This document shows positions 50,309-59,821 of a DNA stretch of 64,000 nt, piece after piece. A program made the position numbers and the translations under genes. The first letter of the stretch is position 1, and each line of letters begins with the position of its first letter. This DNA comes from an uncultured cyanobacterium (GTDB lineage: Bacteria; Cyanobacteriota; Cyanobacteriia; PCC-6307; Cyanobiaceae), in contig CAVONQ010000006.1 of NCBI GenBank assembly GCA_963697335.1, positions 64,001-128,000 on the forward strand, written 5' to 3'. Under the pieces are notes generated by a model that did not search any database, was not told where the DNA came from, and saw only the letters and a list, made by a program, of their open reading frames with translations.

Positions 50309-51511
50309 TCAGCGCGTGCGGTAGAGCTCCTTGAGCAGCTGGTAGGCCTCGTTGAGGCGACGCATCAGATCATCCGATCCTCCTGCGTCCGGATGGTGGG
50401 CCAGGGCCATCTCGCGGTAGGCCTCGCGGATCTGGGGCAAGGTGAGTCGTTCGCCGGGATCCGTGGGCAGCTCCAGCAACTTCAGGGCCCCCAGCAGGGT
50501 CATGGTGTGCTCCAGGCTCTGGAACGAGGTGCCGCTGCGGCGCTGGCGGAAACGGTGCACAAACCGACGGATCAACGTGGGGATGCGGAGCTCGAGGGTG
50601 GCACTGCTGAAGGGGTCTTCCAGCACACCGGCCATCACCATCACCTTGGCGAAGCTGGCTGGTCCCTCAGGCCAGGACGGAGCCACCAGGCGCATCACCT
50701 CCTGGCCAAGCGACCAGGTGAACAGACGCCCCTCGCTCTGGTCACTCTGGGGCCAGATGTCCTGGGCGATCCAGAGCATCGCGGCCTCGAGCACCGGCGC
50801 CTGGGCGGGCTGGGCATAGAGCTCCTGCCAGTGCTGATCCGCCCTGGATAAGGCCAGGCTGAGGCGTTCAGCCGACACCTGGGGCATCGGCTCCAGGCGG
50901 GTGGGGAGCTCCCTGGTCTGGGGGTCGAGGCTTCGGCGCAGTTGGTCACTGCGGCGTTGCACGAATCCCGGCAGGTCGATGCCGCGCTTGGCCGGGCGGG
51001 AGCCTGGGCTGCTGGACTCAGGGCCAACCCCCTCCTCTGGGGAGGACTGACTCTGGCCTGACAGCTCCGAGAGGGGATCCACGAGCAGCTCTCCCGGTCG
51101 GTTACCGGCCAGCAGCACAAGGGACCCGCATTCGTCGAAATCGCCGTTCTGCTCCGGCAATGGCGAAGAGGATCCAGCCTCTGCAGATGGCGGCTTGGAC
51201 AGCCCCGGGTGGTGACCTGCCTGGGAAGGCTGCTCCAGCGGAGCTGGATCGATGGCTGACTGGCGGCCGGAGCGAACCTCTGGCGGTACGGCGTCCGCCC
51301 CAAGCTCAAGCTGATGCGGCTCCAGGGATGGGGAGCCAAGGGGATCGACCTGCTCGCCCTCAGGACCGAGCAGGTGGTGCAGAAGGCGCTCCACCACCGC
51401 GCCGCGGCTGCGGCAGCCGAGTTCTGCTTTGAGCACGTCAATGCGACTCACCAGCTCGGCTGAGAGCCGCAGGCTGACCTGCTTGAAGTCCCTGGGGTCG
51501 TCGTCAGCCAT
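50309..51511 (-). CDS. Protein with N-terminal ribbon-helix-helix-like domain and C-terminal J-domain
   Basis: N-term KQVSLRLSAELVSRIDVLKAELGCRSRGAVVERLL; C-term IREAYREMALAHHPDAGGSDDLMRRLNEAYQLL. Confidence 0.85.
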   Translation of the reverse strand: MADDDPRDFKQVSLRLSAELVSRIDVLKAELGCRSRGAVVERLLHHLLGPEGEQVDPLGSPSLEPHQLELGADAVPPEVRSGRQSAIDPAPLEQPSQAGHHPGLSKPPSAEAGSSSPLPEQNGDFDECGSLVLLAGNRPGELLVDPLSELSGQSQSSPEEGVGPESSSPGSRPAKRGIDLPGFVQRRSDQLRRSLDPQTRELPTRLEPMPQVSAERLSLALSRADQHWQELYAQPAQAPVLEAAMLWIAQDIWPQSDQSEGRLFTWSLGQEVMRLVAPSWPEGPASFAKVMVMAGVLEDPFSSATLELRIPTLIRRFVHRFRQRRSGTSFQSLEHTMTLLGALKLLELPTDPGERLTLPQIREAYREMALAHHPDAGGSDDLMRRLNEAYQLLKELYRTR

Positions 51512-51535
51512 GGCGCCCCGAGCCCAGGAGCCAGC

Positions 51536-53203
51536 TCACCGCTGCATCAACTCACGCATGATCCGTCGCTGGGCGTCAAGGGCCTCCTGGTAGCGATCGA
51601 GCAGATCGGGATTCAGCTTGGTTGCGGCCTGTTCCCTGGTCAACGCCGCTCCAGCTGGGCGGTTGGGGGCTGGGCCGGGGCGTGCGGCCTGGGGCGAGGG
51701 CATGACGCGGGCGGGCGGCGGGTTGACTGCCCTTGGTGGAGCGGCCGCCCTGGGAGCCGGGGGAACGGGGCGGGGAGCGGGAGCCGCCGGCCCGGGGGCA
51801 GCAGTGGCTGGGGTGGAAGCGGCCTGGGCCAGTTGGCGTGCCTGCACCATGGCGAGCTGGGTGGTGGGTACCACACTCAGCAGGTGACCTGGAGTGGCAT
51901 CAGCGGGGTAGACGAGGCTGACGCGCACCGGATAGCCACTCCCCCCTCCAGGCAGATTCAGGGTGGCCAGGGAGAGACTCTCGCCCGAGCGCATGCCCAC
52001 ATGGACCTCCTGCAGTCCCTGGGGTGTGCGGATCTGGATCGAGCCGCGGAAAGCGGTGAAGGTGTTGACACCTGGGATCGTGGGGTGACTCAGCACCAGC
52101 TCGTAGGGGCCGGAACCTTTCAGGTTGAGATCCACATCGAAGCGCACGCCGTAGGTGCCGACGTTGTCGAGGGAGGAATCGACCATGCGGCTGGCCAGTT
52201 GGTTCACCTGCACATCACGGGTGCCGAAATGATGGCGGTCGGTGCTGGTGAGCGGCACATGCAGGGGGCCTTCCCGCTTCAGGTCATGGGTGATCGAGGC
52301 CTGGTATTCATCCCCCAGGGCCACCCCTCCGACCCGGGAAAACACCCGGCGGTTCTTGATCGCAGCCACCTGATTGAGGTACACGCGCCCGGGCGCCAGG
52401 CGGCGCTGATCCAGCACCCTGACCAGATCTGCATCGCTGTAGGGATTGCTGGCGGCCACCACCGCCATCTGGAATGGCCCGTTGCTGTGTCCTCGCAGCA
52501 GGGCATTGGCGATCCCGAGGGCCGGCAGCTGGGTGCGGAACAGCACCACGCGGCTGCGGGCAGGAATGGTGATCGTCTCGCTGAGACCACGGTCCAGACC
52601 ACCCCTGAGCATCTGGACCGCAGTGGCATCCCCGGGGCCGGTGTTCCAGGGCCGGACACCCAGGGGCTTCACACCCATCAGATTGTTGGCCAGGTAGGGC
52701 GCCTGGAAGCTGTTGCGAACAGCACCCCGATCAAAGCTGATCTGAACGGGTCGTTGACCTGGGTTGATCAGGATCAGCCCGAGGGTGAGCTCGGTGCGGC
52801 GCTCACCGGGGCGGATCTGCTTGCGGTAATCAGGAAAATACTTGTGGTGCATGTGCACCCCGAAGTCACCGTTGAAGGTGAACTCGGCGTTCTTCAGGGC
52901 CGCGCCGTTTTCGGCCGCGTAGGTCACCCCGGCTTCAGTGGTGATCAGGATGCCCGGACCCTCCACCTCTTCGGGCTGGTTGGAGTGCAGCACAGGCACG
53001 CTGTTGAAGCTGCCATTGAGGGCCCTGGCCCGTTGACCGGCCATCAGGGCCACGGCCGCTTGGGCGGGTTGGGCCGGGACGCCAATCGTGGCGATGGCCA
53101 CCACCAAGACCATGCGACAGAGGCCGCCTGGGTTTGGCAGCAGCCGGGAAGCAACCAACGATCTCAATCGTCTAAGGGGGGAAAGTGCTGGGGTGCGGTG
53201 CAC
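51536..53203 (-). CDS. DUF3370-like secreted protein
   Basis: Signal peptide, VPVLHSNQPEEVEGPGILI, NVGTYGVRFD, YPADATPGHLL, Pro-rich tail; start may be ATG 53113. Confidence 0.75.
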   Translation of the reverse strand: MHRTPALSPLRRLRSLVASRLLPNPGGLCRMVLVVAIATIGVPAQPAQAAVALMAGQRARALNGSFNSVPVLHSNQPEEVEGPGILITTEAGVTYAAENGAALKNAEFTFNGDFGVHMHHKYFPDYRKQIRPGERRTELTLGLILINPGQRPVQISFDRGAVRNSFQAPYLANNLMGVKPLGVRPWNTGPGDATAVQMLRGGLDRGLSETITIPARSRVVLFRTQLPALGIANALLRGHSNGPFQMAVVAASNPYSDADLVRVLDQRRLAPGRVYLNQVAAIKNRRVFSRVGGVALGDEYQASITHDLKREGPLHVPLTSTDRHHFGTRDVQVNQLASRMVDSSLDNVGTYGVRFDVDLNLKGSGPYELVLSHPTIPGVNTFTAFRGSIQIRTPQGLQEVHVGMRSGESLSLATLNLPGGGSGYPVRVSLVYPADATPGHLLSVVPTTQLAMVQARQLAQAASTPATAAPGPAAPAPRPVPPAPRAAAPPRAVNPPPARVMPSPQAARPGPAPNRPAGAALTREQAATKLNPDLLDRYQEALDAQRRIMRELMQR

Positions 53204-53442
53204 TTGGACGGGCCTGCGCCGCAGAGAATTCCTTTAAGAGCAGACGCCGTACAGGGAGCAACCATGCACTCGAGGGAAATGCGAGGACGTCCGCGGCGCT
53301 GCATCAGACCGACGGGGCCTTGATCACCCTACCGGAGACGATCCCACTCCCTTCAGCCCCAGCTCCCCCGGGGAAAGGATCGAGGGCCCGCTCTCAGACG
53401 GGCCGTGCCACCGCTAGAACCTTGTTCTACGACTCCACTTCC

Positions 53443-53634
53443 ATGTTCCTCTCCTTCGGATGCTGCGGCCCTGCTGAGCCCTCCGCCGATGGGCTCCGCC
53501 GCCACCAGGAGCGCAAGCTGCGCATGTTGCGCTTCTGGCGCGATGGCATCGAGCGCCAGCTGGCGGCGGTGAGCGCGGCGATCAGCACCCTGGAACAGCA
53601 GATGCAGCGGGATGCCGCTGAACCTCAGGGCTGA
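53443..53634 (+). CDS. Small coiled-coil hypothetical protein (63 aa)
   Basis: MFLSFGCC...LRMLRFWRDGIERQLAAVSAAISTLEQQM; host-like codon usage from the ATG onward. Confidence 0.65.
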   Translation: MFLSFGCCGPAEPSADGLRRHQERKLRMLRFWRDGIERQLAAVSAAISTLEQQMQRDAAEPQG

Positions 53635-54391
53635 TCAGCCAGCCCCGCAGCTCGGCGAGTCCCCTGCGCAGCCGGCGTTGCACGGTCATGGGGCTCACCT
53701 TGAGGGCCGCTGCCGTTCTCCTGTAGCTCCACCCCCCCAGCACCACCTTCTCCACCACGAGCCGCAGGGGCTCCTCCAGCCGGGCCAGCAGCGCCGAGGG
53801 AGCCTCCAAGGGAGCATGGTCCTCGTGACTTGGGCCCGCTTCCTGGCTGATCACAGCGGTGGAGCAGTCGTGGGCCCCATCGTGAACTCCCTCCAGCTGC
53901 AGGGCCTCCAACGAGGGCAGACGCACCAACCGCTCGGCGGCCAGCAGCTGCTGCCAACGGTCCTGGCTCAGGCCCAGCAGGCGGCGCAGCTCATCCTCCG
54001 TGGCCGGGCGGTGGTGGGTGGCGAACCACTCACCCCTGACCCGGGCCAGCTGCTGCCGCTGTTCATCGAGACGCCGGGGCAACCGGATCGGCAGAGCCAC
54101 ATCACGGAGGTAGTGGAGCATTGCCCCACGGATATGGGGTCGGGCGAAGGCCTCAAAGGGAGTGGCCGTGGCGGGCCGGTAGAGCTCCGCGGCCCGCAGC
54201 AGTCCCATCAACCCCACCTGGATCAGGTCGTCAAGGGGCTCAGGGGAGCGGAGGTGGTAATGCAGGGCGATCGGCCGCACCAGGGCCCTGTACTGCTCCA
54301 CGCGGCGGTTGCGGGCCTCGACGCTGCTGGCGACTGGAGCCGGGGCGAGGCCAGGGACGGGGTTGGAAAGTGTGGCTGTAGAGGTCGTCAT
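53582..54391 (-). CDS. Group 3 (SigF/SigB-like) sigma-70 factor
   Basis: Region 2 DDLIQVGLMGLLRAAELY...FEAFARPHIRGAMLHYLRD; region 4 HTH SYRRTAAALKVSPMTVQRR. Confidence 0.88.
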   Translation of the reverse strand: MTTSTATLSNPVPGLAPAPVASSVEARNRRVEQYRALVRPIALHYHLRSPEPLDDLIQVGLMGLLRAAELYRPATATPFEAFARPHIRGAMLHYLRDVALPIRLPRRLDEQRQQLARVRGEWFATHHRPATEDELRRLLGLSQDRWQQLLAAERLVRLPSLEALQLEGVHDGAHDCSTAVISQEAGPSHEDHAPLEAPSALLARLEEPLRLVVEKVVLGGWSYRRTAAALKVSPMTVQRRLRRGLAELRGWLISPEVQRHPAASAVPGC

Positions 54392-54510
54392 AGGGGGGTG
54401 CCAACGGAAGAGTGGCTGGGAGCAACCCCATGGGGCTGTCCCGTTTCCAGCGACGCCCATCCCCCGCCGACCTGACAACCGTGGAACCACCGAATCTCAT
54501 GGCCTGGGCC

Positions 54511-55338
54511 TCATAGCGGTGTTGCCACCCGCCGCAGCAACTCCCAGGGGCCGTGGCACAGCAGCCAGGAGAGATCGGAGCGCTGCGTGGCCAGGAGATA
54601 GCCGGCGAACCCCAGCCCATTGACGCTGTAGCCGGCGCAGTGCTCCTGCTCCCGCCGCACCGTCAGAAACCACTCGTCATCGAAGAGCAGGTTGTAGGGA
54701 TGGCGCGGCTGGGGGTCCCGCTGGGGATCACCCAGGCCCAGCTCTTGCGCATGGTGCAGGTAGAGCGCCTCCAGCTCCGAGGGATCGTGGGGGCACTGGC
54801 GGGCACTGAGCCGGTAGCGCCAGGGCCAGGGGCGGGTCTGCTGGCGGAGCTGGCTGCGGAACGTCTCCACCAGGGGACAACTGGCTTCGTCGGCGTGGCG
54901 CGGCAGCAGCTGCAGATGGCGATGGGGCTGACTGGCGCCCGCAGCGGCGCAGCTGTTGAAGAACCAGAAGCCCGCGGTGTCCGCCGCCAGATAGGCCACG
55001 GCCTGCCAATCAGCCAGGCCGATCCAGCCGGCCTGGGGCGCCCAGTCCTGCGTGATCACCAGCAGGTGGCCGGGCTGAACGGGGAACTTGTTGAGCAACA
55101 GCACGTGGCTGTGGCCCAGTCGCTCCACCTCCAGCGCCCGATCCCAGGGCAGGAAGGGGTTGGGCCGAGGCCCCTCCCGGCGCAGGTGCTTGGGGGTGGC
55201 GCTCAGCAGACGGCGCAGCACAAAGGGCTGCAGGGCGGGCTGGGCCACCAGCTCGGTGCGCAGCGGCACCAGATCACCACTCGCCCTGGCGGCCTGGGAG
55301 ATCTCCAGCGCCGCCTTCCAGAGGCGTTCAACCCGCAC
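54511..55338 (-). CDS. ATP adenylyltransferase / Ap4A phosphorylase family
   Basis: NPFLPWD, LLNKFPV..GHLLVIT, FFNS..AGASQPHRHLQ, NGLGFAG. Confidence 0.9.
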   Translation of the reverse strand: MRVERLWKAALEISQAARASGDLVPLRTELVAQPALQPFVLRRLLSATPKHLRREGPRPNPFLPWDRALEVERLGHSHVLLLNKFPVQPGHLLVITQDWAPQAGWIGLADWQAVAYLAADTAGFWFFNSCAAAGASQPHRHLQLLPRHADEASCPLVETFRSQLRQQTRPWPWRYRLSARQCPHDPSELEALYLHHAQELGLGDPQRDPQPRHPYNLLFDDEWFLTVRREQEHCAGYSVNGLGFAGYLLATQRSDLSWLLCHGPWELLRRVATPL

Positions 55339-56281
55339 CGGCCTTCAGACGCGCCAGGGAGGCCCCCTGGTAGTAGTGGCCGAGGATCTGGTTGTAGAGG
55401 TAGCCCTGCTTGGCGAGGTCCTGGGCGCCGTGCTGGCTCATGCTGGCGCCGAGGTGGCCGTGGGCTTCCAGGGTGATCTGCCGGTTGGCGGCATAGAGGC
55501 TCTCCACGATCGCGCCCTGGTAACTCAGGATCAGCCCGGCGGTGGAGGCTGCGGCCTGGCGGGTCGGCTCGCTGACACTGGCCATGCCCCGGTAGGCCTG
55601 CCAGCGGGTGGTGTCGCCCAGGTGCCAGTGCCGATCGGCGGGTCTGGCCATGTGGGCCAGGGCGTAGGAGCGGGCCGCCACCGCCTGGGCCCGCAGGGCC
55701 TCCGGCGACCAGCTGCTGGGCATTTCCGCCCCCACCACCGAGGTGATGTACGTCTCGAGGGGCAGATGGTTCACCAGCCGCAGCTGGCCCTCCTGCTGGA
55801 TCAGCCGGATGCGGCCGGCATAGGGCTGACCGTTCACCAGCAGGGCATCGCCGCTGGTCTGGAACCAGGCTTCCGGCACGGCCTGCAGGGCACCGGAGAG
55901 ACGCACCCTCTCGCCGGCCCCGCCCTGCTGGAGCAGGGCCCCGTCGCGGCTGAGCAGTTGCCAGGGCCCGCGGGCCGAAAGGCTGGGGGCGGCGCCGGCC
56001 CGTAGCAGGGCCACGCGGATCTCGAGGTCGAGCGGGGCTGCGGCGGCGGGCTCCGCCAGACCCAGCGAGGGGGCCTCAGGGGTGGGCAGGGGGGCCATCC
56101 TGCGGGCCTCGAGGCTGCGCAGCTGGTCGGCGGCCGCATCCGTGTCGAGGGCCGGCGGCGGCACCGCCATCAGCGTGTCAAGCAGCTCGCCCTGCACGGT
56201 CCCGTAGGACTGGGGCGCCAGGGTCTGGGCGGCGAAGCCCGTGGCCACGGCCACGACGGCCAGGGGCGTGGCCACCAGCAC
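55328..56281 (-). CDS. SpoIID/LytB domain protein
   Basis: LVNHLPLETYITSVVGAEMP, EALRAQAVAARSYA, MSQHGA, ILGHYYQG; start uncertain. Confidence 0.85.
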   Translation of the reverse strand: MLVATPLAVVAVATGFAAQTLAPQSYGTVQGELLDTLMAVPPPALDTDAAADQLRSLEARRMAPLPTPEAPSLGLAEPAAAAPLDLEIRVALLRAGAAPSLSARGPWQLLSRDGALLQQGGAGERVRLSGALQAVPEAWFQTSGDALLVNGQPYAGRIRLIQQEGQLRLVNHLPLETYITSVVGAEMPSSWSPEALRAQAVAARSYALAHMARPADRHWHLGDTTRWQAYRGMASVSEPTRQAAASTAGLILSYQGAIVESLYAANRQITLEAHGHLGASMSQHGAQDLAKQGYLYNQILGHYYQGASLARLKAGAG

Positions 56282-56307
56282 CTGACGGGTGAAGGGGCTG
56301 TTCAGCC

Positions 56308-57207
56308 TCAGCCCCAGGGGCCAGGCCAGCCGTCTCCAGGGCCGAGATGCACGTGTCCGTCCCACAGGAGATGTCCCGATCCGCTCAAGCGGATCATGCC
56401 TGAAAACGCGTCTTCGCACACCATCCCACCCGGCCTGGGGGAACACTGCCAGCCCGCCACCTTGGCCAGCCCCAGCTGCTGCAGCCACCAGGGAGCCACC
56501 AGAGCGTGGGCTGAGCCCGTCACGGGATCTTCGTCGATGCCCAGCCCCGGCGCCAGAAAACGGAGCTGGTAGCGGCAGGTCTCGTCGAGGACCGTCGGCG
56601 CCGGCGGCCCCGCGGCAGCGATCGGCTGCATCAGCACCAGTCCCTGGCGTTGGCCGGGCGGAACGGCGCTGGCCGGCAGAGCGGCCGAGGCCAGGGGGGC
56701 GGAGCCCGGCAGCAGCACCACCGTGTAACCCAGGGGTGAGGTCCAGTAGCCCTCGACGCCGCAGGCCAGCCATGCACTCACCAGGGAGCCCAGGTCCTGG
56801 GGCAGCGGGGCAGGCACCAGGCCACTGCTGGGCAGCACGATCCAGCCGGCGCCCAGGCCGTCTGCCGACGTTGCCGGGCTGGCAAGCAGCCTGGCCTCCA
56901 GGGGGCCGCTGAGGCTGTGGAAGCGCAGCGTCGACCCTGGCGCCACCAGCCCCCAGTGCCCCAGGGCCAGCAGCGCCGCCAAGGTGGCATGGCCGCACAG
57001 GGCCACCTCACAGGTGGGCGTGAACCAGCGGAGCTGCCACTCCTGCTGGCGCTGCCAGAGGAAGGCGGTTTCCGACTGGTTGAGGCTGCGGGCCAGTCCC
57101 TGCAGGCAGCTGTCCGGCAGGGGCTGGTTGACCAGCACCACAGCAGCACCGTTGCCGCTGCAGGGCTCCGAGGCGAAGGCTTCCACCAGCACTGCAGGCA
57201 GCTTCAT
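56308..57207 (-). CDS. PhzF family isomerase
   Basis: GNGAAVV, LNQSETAF, RWFTPTCEVALCGHATLA, EDPVTGSAH. Confidence 0.9.
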   Translation of the reverse strand: MKLPAVLVEAFASEPCSGNGAAVVLVNQPLPDSCLQGLARSLNQSETAFLWQRQQEWQLRWFTPTCEVALCGHATLAALLALGHWGLVAPGSTLRFHSLSGPLEARLLASPATSADGLGAGWIVLPSSGLVPAPLPQDLGSLVSAWLACGVEGYWTSPLGYTVVLLPGSAPLASAALPASAVPPGQRQGLVLMQPIAAAGPPAPTVLDETCRYQLRFLAPGLGIDEDPVTGSAHALVAPWWLQQLGLAKVAGWQCSPRPGGMVCEDAFSGMIRLSGSGHLLWDGHVHLGPGDGWPGPWG

Positions 57208-58160
57208 GGCTGCGCCCGTGGCTGGGGCTGGGGCTGCAGCTCCCCCTGGGCCTCGGACCGCAGCTGGCGCAGCATCAACGCCTGGGCCGCCTGCAACGGA
57301 CTGCAGCGGCCATCCAGCAGGGCCACCACCTGGGCCGTGATCGGCAGCTGCCAGCCATGGCGCTGCGCCAGCACCAGGGCCGCCCGCGCCGTGCGCAGGC
57401 CCTCCACCGTGGCACCGATGCTGCGCTCCACCTCCGCCGGGGCCAGCCCCTCCGAAAGCAGCCTGCCACTGCGGTAGTTGCGGCTGAGGTCGCTGCTGGC
57501 CGTGGCGATCAGATCACCCAGGCCGGCGAGGCCATAGAGGGTGGCGGGCTGGCCGCCGAGGCCGGCGAGCACCACGCCGATCTCCGCCAGGCCGCGCGTC
57601 AGCAGGGCCGCCCGGGCGTTGGCCCCCAGGGCGAGGCCATCGGCGACGCCGGCAGCCACGGCGATCACGTTCTTGAGCGCCCCTGCCACTTCCGTGCCGA
57701 TCGGATCGGGATTCGTGTACAGCCGCAGGGTGCTGCCGCTGAGCTCGGCCTGCAACCGCTGGGCCAGGGGCAGATCGTCGCTGGCGAGCACGGCAGCGGC
57801 GGGAAGGCCCTGACGCAGTTCCGCCGCCAGGTTCGGGCCGCTCAGCACCAGCAGGGGCACCGGGCCGAGCTGGCGCCGCCAGAGCTGGCTCGGGGTGGCC
57901 AGCAGGTCGAGGTCGAGGCCCTTGGTACAGCTCAGCAGAGGCGTGCCCGAAGGCCAGTGGGGCCCGAGCCGCCGGCTCAGGCTGTCGATACCGGCCATCG
58001 CCACGGCCGCCACCACCAGGTCTGCCCCTGGCAGCACGCCGGCGGGGGCGACGCCATCGCGCCTGGACCAGATGCTGAGGCTGTGGCCCTGCTGCTGCCA
58101 CAGCTCGGCCAGGGTCTGGCCCCAGGCTCCGCGGCCGAGCACGGCGATGCGAAGGGGCAT
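57204..58160 (-). CDS. gpsA: NAD(P)H-dependent glycerol-3-phosphate dehydrogenase
   Basis: GRGAWG, LSGPNLA, GALKNVIA, GLAGLGDL, SRNY, TVEG. Confidence 0.93.
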   Translation of the reverse strand: MPLRIAVLGRGAWGQTLAELWQQQGHSLSIWSRRDGVAPAGVLPGADLVVAAVAMAGIDSLSRRLGPHWPSGTPLLSCTKGLDLDLLATPSQLWRRQLGPVPLLVLSGPNLAAELRQGLPAAAVLASDDLPLAQRLQAELSGSTLRLYTNPDPIGTEVAGALKNVIAVAAGVADGLALGANARAALLTRGLAEIGVVLAGLGGQPATLYGLAGLGDLIATASSDLSRNYRSGRLLSEGLAPAEVERSIGATVEGLRTARAALVLAQRHGWQLPITAQVVALLDGRCSPLQAAQALMLRQLRSEAQGELQPQPQPRAQP

Positions 58161-58245
58161 GGGGGCAGTGCGGCGTAGAAGCCGACAAGGTTGGCACCAT
58201 GGGGCTTCGTCGGCTCCCCCCTGGGCCCGCTTCCCCTCTGCCGCC

Positions 58246-58992
58246 ATGGCCCGCGCCGAATCCGTCTTCCACTCCTGGTGTGGTCGGGCCCTGGTGGTGG
58301 GCTGCGGCGGCATCGGCCAGGCCCTGCTGCGGGAGCTGGCCCGCCGGGCGCCTGGGCTGGAGTTGCTGGGGGCCTCCCGCCGCGACTTCCGCACGGCCGG
58401 GCCTGGCGTGGGCTGGTTGCCGGTGGATGTGACCAGCGACCACAGCCTGCAGCAGCTGGGCGAGAGCCTGGCCCAGGGCCCTCCCCTGCGGCTCGTGCTC
58501 AACAGCACCGGCCTGCTGCATGACGCCGAGCTCAAGCCCGAGAAGCGGCTGGCCCAGGTGAAGCGAGCCTCCCTGGAGCGCAGCTTCGCGGTGAACGCCT
58601 TCGCCCCGATCCTGCTGGCCCAGGCAATCGAGCCGGTCCTGCCCAGGCAGGAGCCATTCCATCTGGCCAGCCTGTCCGCCCGGGTGGGCAGCATCGGCGA
58701 CAACGGCCTGGGGGGCTGGTATGGCTACCGGGCGGCCAAGGCCGCCCAGAACCAGCTGTTGCGCACCCTGGCCCTGGAATGGCGCCGGCGGCTCCCCCTC
58801 GGCTGCGTCAGCCTGCTGCACCCCGGCACCACAGCCACGGCCCTCTCCGGGCCCTTTCAGGCCAACGTGCCCCCGGATCGGCTGTTCAGCCCCGAGCGGG
58901 CCGCTGGCCACCTGCTCGACGTGCTCGAGGGGCTCGGACCGGAGCAGAGCGGCCGTTTCTGGGCCTGGGACGGAGCGCCGATCCCCTGGTAG
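58246..58992 (+). CDS. Short-chain dehydrogenase (CsgA/C-factor-like)
   Basis: GCGGIG, LSARVGSIGDN, YGYRAAKAAQ, HPGTT. Confidence 0.9.
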   Translation: MARAESVFHSWCGRALVVGCGGIGQALLRELARRAPGLELLGASRRDFRTAGPGVGWLPVDVTSDHSLQQLGESLAQGPPLRLVLNSTGLLHDAELKPEKRLAQVKRASLERSFAVNAFAPILLAQAIEPVLPRQEPFHLASLSARVGSIGDNGLGGWYGYRAAKAAQNQLLRTLALEWRRRLPLGCVSLLHPGTTATALSGPFQANVPPDRLFSPERAAGHLLDVLEGLGPEQSGRFWAWDGAPIPW

Positions 58993-59013
58993 CGGCCACG
59001 GCTGGGGGCCAGC

Positions 59014-59397
59014 TCAGGCGGCGTTCTGGCGCAGCACCTCCAGGGGGATCACCTCCAGGGTGCTGGCCTCGGTGGCCTGCAGCCGCACCGGTGGGGCCAT
59101 GCCGTCCTCATAGGCCTCCAGCCAGCGCGGTGCGCAGACGCACCAGTGGTCGCCGGGACGCAGGCCGGGGAAGCCGTACTGCGGCGCCGGGGTGCTCAGG
59201 TCATTGCCCTGGGCCCGGCTGTAGGTGAGGAAGGCCTCATTGACCACACAGCAGACGGTGTGGCGGCCCAGGTCGGCGCCGTTGGTGCGGCAGTTGCCGT
59301 CGCGGAACCAGCCGGTCATCGGCTCACAGCTGCACAGCTCCAGAGGATCCCCTAGCACGTTCTGGTCGGCCACCGGCCTGGCACTGGTCTTGGTCAC
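59014..59397 (-). CDS. DUF2237 family protein
   Basis: NVLG, PMTGWFRDGNC, GNDLSTP, PGDHWCVCA. Confidence 0.9.
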   Translation of the reverse strand: MTKTSARPVADQNVLGDPLELCSCEPMTGWFRDGNCRTNGADLGRHTVCCVVNEAFLTYSRAQGNDLSTPAPQYGFPGLRPGDHWCVCAPRWLEAYEDGMAPPVRLQATEASTLEVIPLEVLRQNAA

Positions 59398-59549
59398 GTG
59401 GTCCGAACAGACTGCGCTGACCAGTCTGGCGAATGTGACGGACTGCCCGCCATCTCGGCAAAGTTCGGCCAGATGGTTGACGGATTCCGGGGGGGAGGCG
59501 TTAAAGGTCGGAGAGCGCGATCAATCCGTCGTTCTGTGCGCCCCCCTAC

Positions 59550-59777
59550 ATGAGCTGGGAATTCACCGAAGATGCGGCCTTCCTGGCCCTCTGCGATGCC
59601 TACAAAGAAAGTGGTGAACCGTCTGCCATGGAGTTCCTGGCCCATGGGGAGGGGGCGTTCCACTTCCAGGAGCTCACCCAGAACGCTGCTGGGGAGGGCC
59701 TCGACCTCAGCGACTCCTCCGACCTGGAGGAGTTCCAGCAGGAGGTGATCGACAGCCTCGAGGAGATGTGCAGCTGA
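59550..59777 (+). CDS. Small acidic hypothetical protein
   Basis: 75-aa ORF with host-like codon usage (MSWEFTEDAAFLALCDAY...). Confidence 0.75.
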   Translation: MSWEFTEDAAFLALCDAYKESGEPSAMEFLAHGEGAFHFQELTQNAAGEGLDLSDSSDLEEFQQEVIDSLEEMCS

Positions 59778-59821
59778 GGCCGGAGTCCAGCACCTGCCCT
59801 ATGCCTCGCCAGCTCCGGTGA

